This document shows positions 12,760 to 25,847 of a DNA stretch of 64,000 nt, piece after piece. The translations under genes were made by a program, and so were the position numbers. Each line of letters opens with the position of its first letter. Position 1 is the first letter of the stretch. Location: the NCBI GenBank assembly GCA_051294375.1, contig CM119270.1, positions 17,891,710-17,955,709 of the forward strand, given 5' to 3'. The DNA comes from Paraspadella gotoi. Its lineage: Eukaryota; Animalia; Chaetognatha. The notes beneath the pieces were generated by a model. It was not told where the DNA came from. It was given only the letters and a program-made list of their open reading frames with translations, and made no database searches.

Positions 12760-12931
12760 AGTTAGAACTTGAGAGAAATAATTTCGTATGAGGTTTCATG
12801 TGCAATATTGATGTAGACTTATTTTCGGTTGTACTCTTACTCACTACCAATGAATTATGTCTTGGAAAAATGGTAATTTGAAAAATTGCGCATGAAACCT
12901 CATACGAAATTATTTCTATTAAGTTTTAACT
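12760..12931. mobile_element. MITE-like foldback element with 47-bp terminal inverted repeats
   Basis: 12760-12806 (agttagaacttgagagaaataatttcgtatgaggtttcatgtgcaat) is the reverse complement of 12885-12931 with 4 non-Watson-Crick positions; 78-nt spacer; no clear TSD. Confidence 0.65.
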
Positions 12932-13330
12932 GTTTTTATTTTCATTACATAGCTTGTTTTCTAGATGGTAACAATTTCAAAAATTTCCCTTTTTTTTCTT
13001 GGCTCAAATTTGGTTTTCTTCCTGTTGTTCTTTCTTTTCAGATTTCATTCATTTTCCCTCTTTTTTTCTTTTATTCATTGGCGATGCAGTAACTGACGGA
13101 CAGACCGACCGAAAAAAAAGCGTCTCATCGAGTCTCTCCCTCGTCCGCGACCAAAGAATTGATTTACCGTCAAAGCGGAAAATCGGCTGAGATAAAACGG
13201 CGAATAAATCAAAAGCGAAAAGTCCATAAAGACGCGCACTTACCTTCCGCTCAACTCAACTCACCTTACCTTATCCGATGACTAAAGAGGCCTCACGTCG
13301 TCGTATCGTAATATCTAAACGGGTTTTCAA

Positions 13331-13371
<41 letters not shown>

Positions 13372-16300
13372 GTTATCCCCGTCTTATCGCTGATAAGATG
13401 ATAATATCAGAACGGAGAGTTGGAAGGAAGGTGGTCGAGATAAAAAAAATGGCGAACGAAATGAGATGAATCGATTTATTGAAATCAGAAAAGCGAACGG
13501 AATCGAATTGGCTAATTGTACAAAGCGGCATTCATTTTTAACCTGGGACAGGGATAGAGAGAAAGAAAGAAAAAAAAACGTTTGTTCACAATTGTAAACT
13601 CAACAATACTGAAAAGAATTATAAAGACATTCGGTAAAGTTTTTGGGAACAGAGAAAGAGCAAAATAATATTTTAGCTTTGGAATTACCAAATAAATTCG
13701 ATTGGCTGTTATTATCTTTTTTTCTATCCTAATACTTCACTGGGTTAATGGGGACGATTCCTGCGATGGAGTCGAGAGGTGAAGTGGCACCGTTCCAAAA
13801 AATGATGGTGATAGGAGAAATCCATTGTTGAGGTCGGGAGTTCGTGAATAAAGAATGAAGAGGAAAGAATGAAGTAAATAATGAATCAAAGTCGTTGAGC
13901 TCATTACGTTGTTGACCAGAAGAGAAGAGAAACGAAAACAGAAGAAAACAAAGGCGTTCCAAGATTGTTTTGTGGTTTGTGATGGTCTCTTAACGCGTCT
14001 TGTTTTGTTTAAAAAAAAAATTGATACACGATTGAACAAAAAAACAAAAACAACAAAAACCCAACGAAAAAAAAAAATGATTGAAAGACGAAACGTGTGA
14101 GTTTTACGCGTTTCACTCCGGTAAGAAAAAAATCTTGCCACTCCTGTTCGAAAATGGCGCCGTCGCTCCGCGACAACAAATCAAATTATGATCCTGCTCA
14201 CGGGAATAATCACCGTCATAATCACCATCTCTTTCACTTACTTTTTCCGCCGACTTGTTCACGTCGCCCATGCACAATTACGATTCCCCAATCTTTGATA
14301 CAATCACAATCCCAAATCGCAATCACAATTGCTGTCCATCTTTTCCTCTGTTGCCGCCTCGAGCCTTCCTTCCCTCTTCCTTCTAATGATCCCTTACCCT
14401 ACTCAATAATCGCGACCCGTTTCGGTGAACCCTTACCCTTGCCCTTACCCTACCCGAGACCAAACTTCGTTGTTAATTCCTCTCGCGTTTCACTAAAGTC
14501 GAACTGACTTTGCATTTCTCATCCTCCGATCAGACTTCACTCCTTCCTCCGTCAATCCATAGTCATCGCTGCCTCCCTTTGCTCTTTCTTCCTCCTCTTT
14601 CTCCAGTTTACTCTCTCTGTTCTTTTTCCTTCCTCCCTCCCACCTCATCCTCCCCCTCTACCACGTCTCCCTTCCTTCCTCCATCCCTTCCTCCCTGCAC
14701 CCTCACCTCGTTCCTCCCTTCCTCTCCCCCCCACTTCGCCTATCATTCCTCACATCCCTTCCTCCCTCACCTTAACCTCCATTCCCCTTCCCTCTCACCA
14801 CTTCTCTCCCCTTCCTCCCTTCCTTCCTTATTTCTCCGTCGTTCCTATCCCCTTTTCTTCTACCCCATCCTTCCCTTCCTACCTTCTCCTCTCCGCTTTC
14901 CCCTTCCCTAATCCCCACCTCCATCCCTTCCCTCTCCCATCTCCCTTTCTTCACCTCCGCAATCCTCACCTTCTAACTTTCTATCTGTCCTTTTTCTTTC
15001 ACCCACGAGCAAAATCAGAGTCGTCACCGTTTCGCTTTTCACTTTTTCTTTTCTTTTTCTCTATTTCTCTTTTCTTCTTTTCTCCTTTTTATCGATTTTC
15101 CTTTGATTTCACATTACTCTTTCTCCGCTTCCCCCACCTTATTTCTATTTTACTGTCATCAATTTTTTCTCTTTTCTTCTCTTCTCTCGCCTCCCAGCGC
15201 GAGTCAACATCACCGCCGAAGAAACCGTGCACGGGACGTCCTCTCTCATCTCTCTCTCTCTCTCTCTCGTCTCCTCTCCTCTCCCTCTCTCCGCGCTCCG
15301 CAGCTCTCTCCCCGTTTTCCCTCCTCTCCTCTTTCTCATCAACTCTCTCTTCTCTACTCTCTCTCTCACAGTGTGTCTCTATCTGTCTCCGTTTCACACA
15401 TACTGTCTCCGTCTCTTCTTGAAGTCTTTTCATTCTCCACACAACGGTCTTGGCGTTTTTTTTTTCTGGTCCAATCTGGCCATTTCTCTCATCTCCTCCT
15501 TCTCATCACACTCTCTCCTCGTCATGTCGTNNNNNNNNNNNNNNNNNNNNNNNNNCATCCGCAATCCTCACCTCTAACTTTCTATCTTCCTTTTTTCTCA
15601 CCCACGAGACAAAATCAGAGTCGTCAGCCGTTTTTCGCTTTTTCACTTTTTCTTTTCTTTTTCTCTATTTCTCTTTTTTCTCTTTTTCTCTTTTTCTCTT
15701 TTTCTTTTGATTTTTCACATTACTTTTCTCCTTCCCACCTTTTTTCTATTTTCTGTCTCAATTTTTTCTCTNNNNNNNNNNNNNNNNNNNNNNNNNNNNN
15801 NNNNNNNNNNNNNNNNNNNNNNNNNNNNNNNNNNNNNNNNNNNNNNNNNNNNNNNNNNNNNNNNNNNNNNNNNNNNNNNNNNNNNNNNNNNNNNNNNNNN
15901 NNNNNNNNNNNNNNNNNNNNNNNNNNNNNNNNNNNNNNNNNNNNNNNNNNNNNNNNNNNNNNNNNNNNNNNNNNNNNNNNNNNNNNNNNNNNNNNNNNNN
16001 NNNNNNNNNNNNNNNNNNNNNNNNNNNNNNNNNNNNNNNNNNNNNNNNNNNNNNNNNNNNNNNNNNNNNNNNNNNNNNNNNNNNNNNNNNNNNNNNNNNN
16101 NNNNNNNNNNNNNNNNNNNNNNNNNAAAAAAAACACTGTCTCTCCGCGCGTGAGCTGATTTTGTGATCCGTGAGCAGCAGCTCACTAGAGAACTGTTTTC
16201 ACACTGAGTGAACCGAGTCTGTCTGCTCGCGACGGCGACGACGACCAATAAGACGACGACGACAGCATCGCAGACGAAAGACGACGACGGCTCGTTTCCA

Positions 16301-17830
16301 TGGCACCATGGTGTTGGTCGCGGGCCTCCCCCGCTTATGGTGCGAGCCCCAGATCCCGGCCATGAGTCACGCTCTCTCTCTCTCTCGTTGCCTGGATGCT
16401 GGGCTGCTTAGATTCTGTGTTTCGTCGTTGTCGTCGTCGTCGCTGTCGTCGTCGTCTTTGCTTTTCTATCTAAAGAAAAAAAATCATTTTGTAAATACAT
16501 CGTGAGATTCGAAGATAAAACGAAAAGCGTGAAAACGATCATTATCTTCTTCAATTTTACGAAAGCAACTGTGCAAAGGAAGCAACGTTTTGCGCTGCGA
16601 TTTTTCTCGGATGAAACAAACAAGAGGACAATGTCGTTTAGCAGAAGGTTTGACATTGAAATCCAAGACGCCTTCATTTTTAACGTCTGCAATATTAAAT
16701 ACCACGCGTAATGGGAACTAAGTATCTATTTGTTTATCTATACATCTTAGTTTTTATAGATTGGTTAATTTGGATTGTTTTAACACAATTTATCCTTTTT
16801 CATCTATTATCAGTTTCGTCACAGCGAGAACAACATCCACGTCATCAACAAAAACAACACAAACAAAAAACTGAAACAAAGCAAAACAAAAACAAAAACA
16901 AATCACCCGTTGCGACGAAAACGCTTATGCAGTGAAAATCAACCTACTTTTGCCTTTAGCTCCAAATATATATATATTAACTAAATAAAACTGATAAACC
17001 GATACAAAAACAAATATTATTAAAAAAAATAATCTGCACTCAATCGTTACTCGCACAAAAAAAAAAAGGACACAAAGAGAAAGTAAGAAAAGCAGCTGAG
17101 TTAATCTCACATCTGTACGACAGGTTTTTCACTTTTCACTTATCACTTATCACTTCCTTCACACAATCTTGCGATCGCTCCAATCGGAATTCAGGCTAAG
17201 GATTTAAAACGTTTACTGTATTTCTTAAGTGTTCGTCTATTACGTAACTGGCCGTAACATAGCCGATTCGTAATTTAAGTGTACGTGTACTTTACGCTAT
17301 TTTCGTACTCGTAATCTCGTGTTTGTAACGTCAAAGGAAAACAAAACGTCTTCAAACTTTTGTGTTTCAAAAGTAAAAAAAAACAAAAAAACAAAACAAA
17401 AAATCTGGTTAGTTATTTTTTTTTCTCGTTCGTGAAATGGAAAAGTGAATTTCTTTCACGTCTGACCCACGAAAAATAAAAACCCTTTGCGTGAAGACGA
17501 CTTATTCACCCCGTGAGTCGTGATTGGTTCTTCACTTTGACCCTCACGCAGAATATATTTTGGTGATTCTGGTCGTGATTTTCACCCGCGCTGACTCGGT
17601 CTCTCACCTTTTGACGAAGAAAACAAAACGTGCAAATATTGACGTCTGTTACATCCGTCATCGTTACATTCTTCCCGTATGTAATAAATTCAAACGATAT
17701 AATAACATCGATAATCCTGCACTGCATATTCGACCAAGGCCGGTCTATTCTTTCCCATCCCTGTCCAATTCCTTAAAATCCCAGCCAATCCCAATTATTA
17801 CAGTAATTCCAGTCGATCCCAGTTCATCCT

Positions 17831-18004
17831 ACTCCAGTCCATCCGAGGTGACTCCTGTTTATCCCAATCGACTCCAGTACATCCCAATCGACTCCAGTCC
17901 ATCCGAGGTGACTCCAGTACATCCCAATCGACTCCAGTCCATCCGAGGTGACACCAGTACATCCCAATCGACTCCTGTACATCCCAATCGACTCCAGTCC
18001 ATCC
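17831..18004. repeat. 20-bp minisatellite with two interleaved variants
   Basis: actccagt(a/c)c followed by atcccaatcg or atccgaggtg, about 8.5 units. Confidence 0.9.
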
Positions 18005-18266
18005 TCGTCCACGCCAATCCGTGTCCCAGTACATCGAAGTCTCTTCCATCTCTGTCTCTATCTTCGTCGCTTCTTTCCCCGTCGTCTCCCGTCGGCGGCT
18101 TCATTTTTCATCGTCTCCTTCTTCTTCTCCGTTTCTTCTTCCTTAATTATTCTCTCATTTCTACTTCTTCGTTTCTCCTTCTCCTGTCCTTTTTCTCGGT
18201 TCTGAACGAGGTTTGAAAAATCGTTTTTGAACGGCATCGGAATACAATACTCGATACAATATTTAT

Positions 18267-18331
<65 letters not shown>

Positions 18332-18844
18332 AGGAAGAGAGAGATATGCTTCTTAACATGTATGGAGATGTTAGAAAGCTATAATTTCAATTTTAAATAC
18401 GCATTTAAAATCTTGAAGTTACTAATGAATAGAATTCAACAGATGATAAAATAAAACATACGTATCGTTCATTGAGAGATAACAAAATAAAATAGTTTTT
18501 TTTTCTTTCATACGTACAAGTTTTTTCTTTTAAACCAACGACTGAGTTTGATAAAATATCATTTTATGACGTCATAACGTGATGACGTGATTACGTAACC
18601 CGATTCTTAACGATTCTTCAAATCATTTTTTTTCGAACCGAAAGATCGAAAAAGTTCAACTCTACTGGCCTATCGACTTCGCCTTTCCTCCCCTCTCTCT
18701 TCGCCTTTTCTCCCTCCATCTTCGCCGCTCTCCATCGCCCCTTATTTCGCCTTTCCTCCCCTCCCTCTTCGCCTTTCCTCCCCTCACTCTTCGCCGCTCT
18801 CCATCGCCCTTTCGTCGTATCACGTTCGATTCAGACTTCGCCTA

Positions 18845-19403
18845 TCATCGAGCGTCACTTCCGGACGCCGGCACGCCCACTCCACGCCCATTTCGAGGGT
18901 TTAAGGGTCGCCTCCGCGCGAGGAGGGTCGCGAGTTCTTCTATTTCGTCGTCTTCCATTTATTCTTCGTCATCGTCAAACGTCAAAACTCCGCACACGTT
19001 AATTCTCCAACATTTGTCCATTTCATTTAATCGACGCGTCTCAATCAAATCCTGACTTCGAAACGCTTTTCCATCAAAGCCAAATCTCTTTGTCATCATC
19101 TTCGTCATCCGTGTCATATCTCGCCATACCTCTTTGTCATCATCTTCTTCATCCAAGTCATATCTCGCCATACCTCTTTGTCATCATCTTCTTCATCCGA
19201 GTCATATCTCGCCATACCTCTTTGTCATCATCTTCTTCATCCGACACATATCTCACCATACCTCTTTGTCATCATCTTCGTCATCCGATTCATATCGTGC
19301 CAAAGATGTCGTTGTCTCGCCTTCCAAAATACATATAGTCCAATCGTACTACAGACTAAAAAAAAAAAACTAAGGAAGTGTATCGTAACCCATTGAACTT
19401 GAA
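18845..19403 (-). CDS. Putative 3' exons of a single-pass membrane protein (TM plus acidic cytoplasmic tail), unidentified
   Basis: Good acceptor (tttctctttctcaacttaacggttctaacgttgcAG|19403). Exon reads QVQWVTIHFLSFFFLVCSTIGLYVFWKARQRHLWHDMNRMTKMMTK (hydrophobic helix then basic stop-transfer) to donor AG|GTATGG at 19261. After the 44-bp array the spliced frame reads RFGFDGKAFRSQDLIETRRLNEMDKCWRINVCGVLTFDDDEE*(18959)MEDDEIEELATLLARRRP...AR* (18845). Confidence 0.4.
19086..19302. repeat. 44-bp tandem repeat, about 5 copies
   Basis: ctctttgtcatcatcttc(t/g)tcatccgagtcatatctcgccatac with units starting at 19086, 19130, 19174, 19218, 19262. Confidence 0.95.
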
Positions 19404-20973
19404 CTGCAACGTTAGAACCGTTAAGTTGAGAAAGAGAAAGTTTAAAATATTCCAAATTAAACCAAGTTGTACAATAAAAAAAAGTATTTGTCGCGAAAAC
19501 TTGAGCTAAAAAATCTCGGTTTCCCCATTTTTTTTGTGGTTTTGAAACATAAAGGAGAAAAACATAATCTCGACTTTGGAGGAAAAAAAGAAGAAAAGTG
19601 GATTTCTTAACGAGGAGAGTCGCGACGTCGTTACGCTACACTCAATACTTCATCCCTTCCACTCTCTACTCGAACTGAGAACCTTCGTCTCTTCATCTCT
19701 CATCAACTTTCAAACCTCATCTTTTCCACTCTCAACTCGGTATATCTTCTACTCTTAACCACCTCGACAACTCACCTTTTTCTCCCAATACGTTTCGCAT
19801 GCACTGACCATAACTTACCACGACTTATCCTCGCCTCCCTCTCTCCTCCCTCCCGACCAAATTCAACCCAATTCTCAACTTCGTCGTAAAAGATCAAAAT
19901 ATTTCCACCATTTTTTTTTCGACTGCAGCTAAAAACTCTTTTTCGCGCCAATACACAACTCCGGCTATTCGCCCNNNNNNNNNNNNNNNNNNNNNNNNNN
20001 NNNNNNNNNNNNNNNNNNNNNNNNNNNNNNNNNNNNNNNNNNNNNNNNNNNNNNNNNNNNNNNNNNNNNNNNNNNNNNNNNNNNNNNNNNNNNNNNNNNN
20101 NNNNNNNNNNNNNNNNNNNNNNNNNNNNNNNNNNNNNNNNNNNNNNNNNNNNNNNNNNNNNNNNNNNNNNNNNNNNNNNNNNNNNNNNNNNNNNNNNNNN
20201 NNNNNNNNNNNNNNNNNNNNNNNNNNNNNNNNNNNNNNNNNNNNNNNNNNNNNNNNNNNNNNNNNNNNNNNNNNNNNNNNNNNNNNNNNNNNNTCCAGTT
20301 TCCGGTAAACAAGCGCCGATTCTGCCGCCGCGGCCGCTGTCGCCGCGGCCGACGCCGCCGAACCGCCGCCGCCGCAGTCGCCATCGTTTGCAGTCGCCAA
20401 GACTACACGAATTCTCTTTCTCTCGCATCTTTTTTCCTTTTTTACTTTTTTTTTTCCATTTCTTATATCTATTTCCTCTCGTCCTTGACTCATGTCTCTT
20501 TAAAATCATATCTTATTAAGTTAACCTTTAAACTACTCGGCCTTAATTCTTCTATCATTGTATAAGCTTCGTTTAATTTACATAACAAATACATACAAAA
20601 CTTTAATAACGCCTCTACAACTCATATCCCCGACTGGTGACCTCAACTCGACCCCTCGTCCTCAACTACATCGGCAGCCCCATCCACCTCAACTCAACTA
20701 CATCCTCATCTCCATCAACCAATATCCTCTCCGTCTCTCGCTACTTCGTCTCCCTCTCTCTCTTTCTCTCCCAAAGGAGTTTTCAGTTTAAATGTTACTG
20801 ATCGATTGAGGGAAATTCCCGAGAGACACAGCCTCATAATCCCGACTGCCAAGAGAGAGNNNNNNNNNNNNNNNNNNNNNNNNNNNNNNNNNNNNNNNNN
20901 NNNNNNNNNNNNNNNNNNNNNNNNNNNNNNNNNNNNNNNNNNNNNNNNNNNNNNNNNNNNNNNNNNNNNNNNN

Positions 20974-21010
<37 letters not shown>

Positions 21011-22180
21011 CGCTCCCAAAGGACGATTCCAAAGGTCATAATCTCTCCAAAAATCTTTCCGTTTCCACCCAGTCACCGGGTCACCCCAGTCTTCCCTTTT
21101 ACTAGCGGTTATCACTCANNNNNNNNNNNNNNNNNNNNNNNNNNNNNNNNNNNNNNNNNNNNNNNNNNNNNNNNNNNNNNNNNNNNNNNNNNNNNNNNNN
21201 NNNNNNNNNNNNNNNNNNNNNNNNNNNNNNNNNNNNNNNNNNNNNNNNNNNNNNNNNNNNNNNNNNNNNNNNNNNNNNNNNNNNNNNNNNNNNNNNNNNN
21301 NNNNNNNNNNNNNNNNNNNNNNNNNNNNNNNNNNNNNNNNNNNNNNNNNNNNNNNNNNNNNNNNNNNNNNNNNNNNNNNNNNNNNNNNNNNNNNNNNNTG
21401 AGAGAGAGACGCTCACAAATTCCTCTTCGTCTTGCATCGTGTTTCTAAGACCGAAAACGTTTCCATCGGCTCACATTTTCCGGATTCCAGAACCGGAACC
21501 AAGAAGAGGAATCGTGAATTGCCCGTGACCCTTTGTATTCATTGTTGAAAATAGTCTCGGCCCTTCTTATTTATTTGAAAAAAAAAGTATAAATTGAACT
21601 ATCATAGCATAGTCCTTAAAAAACCTCAAGCATTAGCATCCTGACCTTCAGACACCGTCTCCTTCCCGACTACTTCCCGTCTCAATCCCTGAGAGAAACG
21701 GGTAAACCGACTCCAACAAACTTCCTCGTTGGAAATTCAAATATTAATCAAATTAATTAATTTTAAAACCTGGGAAAATAACCCACCGGCCAAAGAAACA
21801 ACAGGGACAGCAACTTCCACAGCAACCAACAACTTCCACCGCAACCAACATCAACTTCCACAGCAACAAACGGGNNNNNNNNNNNNNNNNNNNNNNNNNN
21901 NNNNNNNNNNNNNNNNNNNNNNNNNNNNNNNNNNNNNNNNNNNNNNNNNNNNNNNNNNNNNNNNNNNNNNNNNNNNNNNNNNNNNNNNNNNNNNNNNNNN
22001 NNNNNNNNNNNNNNNNNNNNNNNNNNNNNNNNNNNNNNNNNNNNNNNNNNNNNNNNNNNNNNNNNNNNNNNNNNNNNNNNNNNNNNNNNNNNNNNNNNNN
22101 NNNNNCCTTAAAAACCTCCGGCCTCCACCCCAGAAACCCAACTTCGAACCACCCAACCCCCTGACTACCCAACCGCCACC

Positions 22181-22380
22181 ATGCGGACGAAAACTCGGCA
22201 GCGTCGCGTTCGGTCGCGAAGCGAAGCGAAGGAATCGAAATCTGAAATGAAAGTGCCGGTGATTCATTATCCTGTGGTGAGGAAACCGGCCAACGTTGAC
22301 CTCACCTACGACGAATACATATCCAATGGTAAGGGGGAAGTCGAGGGGGGAATTTGATTGGTGGGTAAGGGGCAGTGATG
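22181..22380 (+). CDS. Possible coding exon fragment, unidentified
   Basis: ccgccaccATG context at 22181; reads MRTKTRQRRVRSRSEAKESKSEMKVPVIHYPVVRKPANVDLTYDEYISN; candidate donors G|GTAAGG (22329) and G|GTAAGT (22381). No homology recognised. Confidence 0.25.
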
Positions 22381-24629
22381 GTAAGTAAATACGTAAATAC
22401 GTAAATACGTACATTGACGAGGTTTTCTATTGATCTAATTAATTCGGTAGTTACTGAGATGTTTATTCGTATTTAAATCGCTTACTCGTTGAAAAAAAAA
22501 AATCAAAATTGGGCGCCACTGAAGAAGAAGACGTATATCGCAACGGTAATGTTTATTGAGGAAAAGTCCCTGGCCGGAAATAGTATTAAGGAAAAAAGGA
22601 AGTTAGTAGAACTGGAGGCTCGCGGAGACTGGACTGAAAGGGGACGGATACTCGGGAGAGGGAGGGGAAGAGGAGGATGAGGATCGAGAAAGCAAATTTA
22701 AAAATTCTCCGGGAGAATCTGTTTCGGTCGCTAACATAACTTAAGATGCATTACAGGGCAAGAATAATACGGGCTTTTCCGAAAGCATAACTATGTTACC
22801 CTGAAATTCTCGATTGATTTGAGATTGTATCGTGATATCTCTCCTCGGAATTCACGCGTCAAATATTATTCATCTCAAAAACCGCAAAAAGTAAACTTGA
22901 CTTTTTTTTTTTCTCGGAGAAAATGATTTCAGATCTTCTTCGAATCCAAAGACTTTTTTCTCTCGAGAGGGAAAAACCGCCATTTTGAGATTCCCCCTTT
23001 TTTTTTCCAAAGGACAATCAATCAACTTCTTTCTTTGATTAAATCTTCATTCTTCGCGAAGGAGCCATGTTTTCTCCAATCAGAAGCCAATCAAGTGCTT
23101 ANNNNNNNNNNNNNNNNNNNNNNNNNNNNNNNNNNNNNNNNNNNNNNNNNNNNNNNNNNNNNNNNNNNNNNNNNNNNNNNNNNNNNNNNNNNNNNNNNNN
23201 NNNNNNNNNNNNNNNNNNNNNNNNNNNNNNNNNNNNNNNNNNNNNNNNNNNNNNNNNNNNNNNNNNNNNNNNNNNNNNNNNNNNNNNNNNNNNNNNNNNN
23301 NNNNNNNNNNNNNNNNNNNNNNNNNNNNNGGGAGAGACCCAGGGCGTTTTGTTAGTTCCGAGGTGAATTAATGAAGTCGAGATTTTTCTTTAGATTGAGT
23401 CGTTGTTCTTTTGTTTACTTCAACCGTTTGTTGGTTTGTTCGTTTGTTTCTTTGTTTACACGTAAAATCATTGGAAGACAAAAGCGTTTCGTTATGATTT
23501 TTTTTCTTGTTTTCTTTCTTTAAAATTTAAGCATCCATTATAAAAATTATTNNNNNNNNNNNNNNNNNNNNNNNNNNNNNNNNNNNNNNNNNNNNNNNNN
23601 NNNNNNNNNNNNNNNNNNNNNNNNNNNNNNNNNNNNNNNNNNNNNNNNNNNNNNNNNNNNNNNNNNNNNNNNNNNNNNNNNNNNNNNNNNNNNNNNNNNN
23701 NNNNNNNNNNNNNNNNNNNNNNNNNNNNNNNNNNNNNNNNNNTAAAAACAATATCTTTTTTTCTCTCTTCTCTTCCCCAGTCGTGATTCGTTCGGGTTTT
23801 TTCTCGCTAATGGAAAAAGTATTCGAGATAAACAAAAAACATCTGATTCNNNNNNNNNNNNNNNNNNNNNNNNNNNNNNNNNNNNNNNNNNNNNNNNNNN
23901 NNNNNNNNNNNNNNNNNNNNNNNNNNNNNNNNNNNNNNNNNNNNNNNNNNNNNNNNNNNNNNNNNNNNNNNNNNNNNNNNNNNNNNNNNNNNNNNNNNNN
24001 NNNNNNNNNNNNNNNNNNNNNNNNNNNNNNNNNNNNNNCTCTCTCTTTCTATCAGCATCTGCACTAATACTCACTCAGCTTGTTTTAAAAAAGGCTCGCC
24101 TTCCCTTCCACCGAATATTTGAGATACTCCCTCCAACAACCACTTTTTTGAGACGCCCCCTTATTCCACCGCGAGACATTTTCCGCCGACCTTTATCTCT
24201 CTTCCATCCACGATTCGCCTCTTTATGATTTTCTCCTTCGTTTAACCTTTATTCACTGGCGCCATCCCACGGCGACAACGTGAAAACGCGTGAACGGATC
24301 ACGAATCCCTGAAGGAAGATTTACAAATATTGAATTTTTTATCTCACGAAAACTGTTTGCATTTTTTTTTTACAAACGTATCGAGACTATTGTATTTTAG
24401 TAGAGACATCTTTAACCATTTATCTTTTAGCGGGATTCACAAAAGTTACTGATAATTGCCTGATGCGAACCCCGACGGCAATAACAACAGTTAACTACAA
24501 CGACCGATTTAAAAATTAACGAGTTCCTCTCTCATCGTCGTAACGACGACGACGACGAAGACGACGACGCCGACGACAACGACGACGACGAAGACGACGA
24601 CGCCGACGACAACGACGACAACGAAGACG

Positions 24630-25400
24630 ACATTCTCTTGATGTTCGCGATCAATATTTCACGCGACGTCGAATCTCAGTTTTTTTTTCGCGGGAAAATT
24701 CAAACGGAAATTTATTTTTTCTTTTTTTTTTTTCTTTTTCTTTTTCTCTCCTTGATTCGAAAAGAAGAAGTCAGTAAAAATTATCTACACGAAAAATAAA
24801 AAAAAATACTTGGATTTTTAATATTTAATGCTTAACTTAATTTTAAAAGGATTTTTTTGTGTGTGTTGCCTGTCACTTCAGCATTTTGAGGTGACTATAA
24901 GTTTTCGTAATTCCCTAGAAAAATTATTAACGGTTTAATGTTTTAAAGTCTCCCAATAGACATTGATTAATTGATTAATTGATTGTTTATTGATTGATTG
25001 CTTGATGGACGACATTCTCTTGATGTTTCCGCGATTCCAATAATTTCACGCGACGTCGCAAATTCAAGTTTTTTTTCGCAGGGAAAATTCAAACGGAAAT
25101 TTTCTTTTTCTTTTTTTTTCTTTTCTTCTTTCTCTCCTTGATACGAAGAAGAAGAAGCTTCAACGATAAACAAATTATATTCTACACGAAGAATAAAAAA
25201 AAATACTTAGGCATTTTTAAATATATTACTGCCTTAACTTTAATTTTAAAAGGGACTTTATTTTTGTGTGTTTGCCTTGTTCACTTCAGCCATTTTGAAC
25301 GGTGACTATATAGTTTTCGTAATTCCCTAGAAAAAAGATTATTAACCGGTTTAATGCTTTTAAAGTCTACCCAATAGACATTGATTAATTGATTATGTTA
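24630..25400. repeat. Local ~380-bp tandem duplication (24630-25000 vs noisy 25010-25395), artefact
   Basis: Second copy is insertion-rich and lies next to the 25-N gap at 25476; the A->C shadow segment (28640-29040) contains this block only once. Confidence 0.8.
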
Positions 25401-25500
25401 CTAGTTGATTGCTACCTATGATTTGATTGATTGACTGATAGATTGAGTTGATCTGATTTGGATATAGATTTGACCNNNNNNNNNNNNNNNNNNNNNNNNN

Positions 25501-25532
<32 letters not shown>

Positions 25533-25809
25533 GTGATTGAAAACGTCTCACACTTTGTCTATCCAACTCACTTTGTCTATCCAACTCACTTTGTCTATCC
25601 AACTCACCGTGTCATCACCTCACTTTAATTTTTTTCACTTTCCCGTCTCTTTCTGTGAACCGCGGGATTTTTTCCGCTTTCCTCCACTGAAAGAAAAAAA
25701 ACAGCGGAACCCGATTACGAAGCTGGTAAATTACCTGACTGGGGTATGCTAATGAGATTGAAGTCGCGAAAGCCTAACCTTGGAATCTCAGCCGTTGAAC
25801 CTCGAGGAA

Positions 25810-25847
<38 letters not shown>

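Noticed and set aside
13729-14510. ORFs 13729-14141 (-) and hydrophobic MILLTGIITVIITISF segment near 14188 (+)
   Set aside because: No recognisable domain or consistent splice structure.
17608-17716. Minus-strand exon-like block (CAG|...AAG|GTGAGA)
   Set aside because: Acceptor lacks a pyrimidine tract and the peptide is unrecognised; not enough support.
17831-19302. 20-bp and 44-bp periodic arrays as CRISPR-like loci
   Set aside because: Head-to-tail repeats with no unique spacers, no cas genes and a eukaryotic context.
24075-24308. 234-nt minus-strand block with good acceptor and GTGAGT donor
   Set aside because: Stop codons in all three frames as assembled; it may be an exon with errors but cannot be called.
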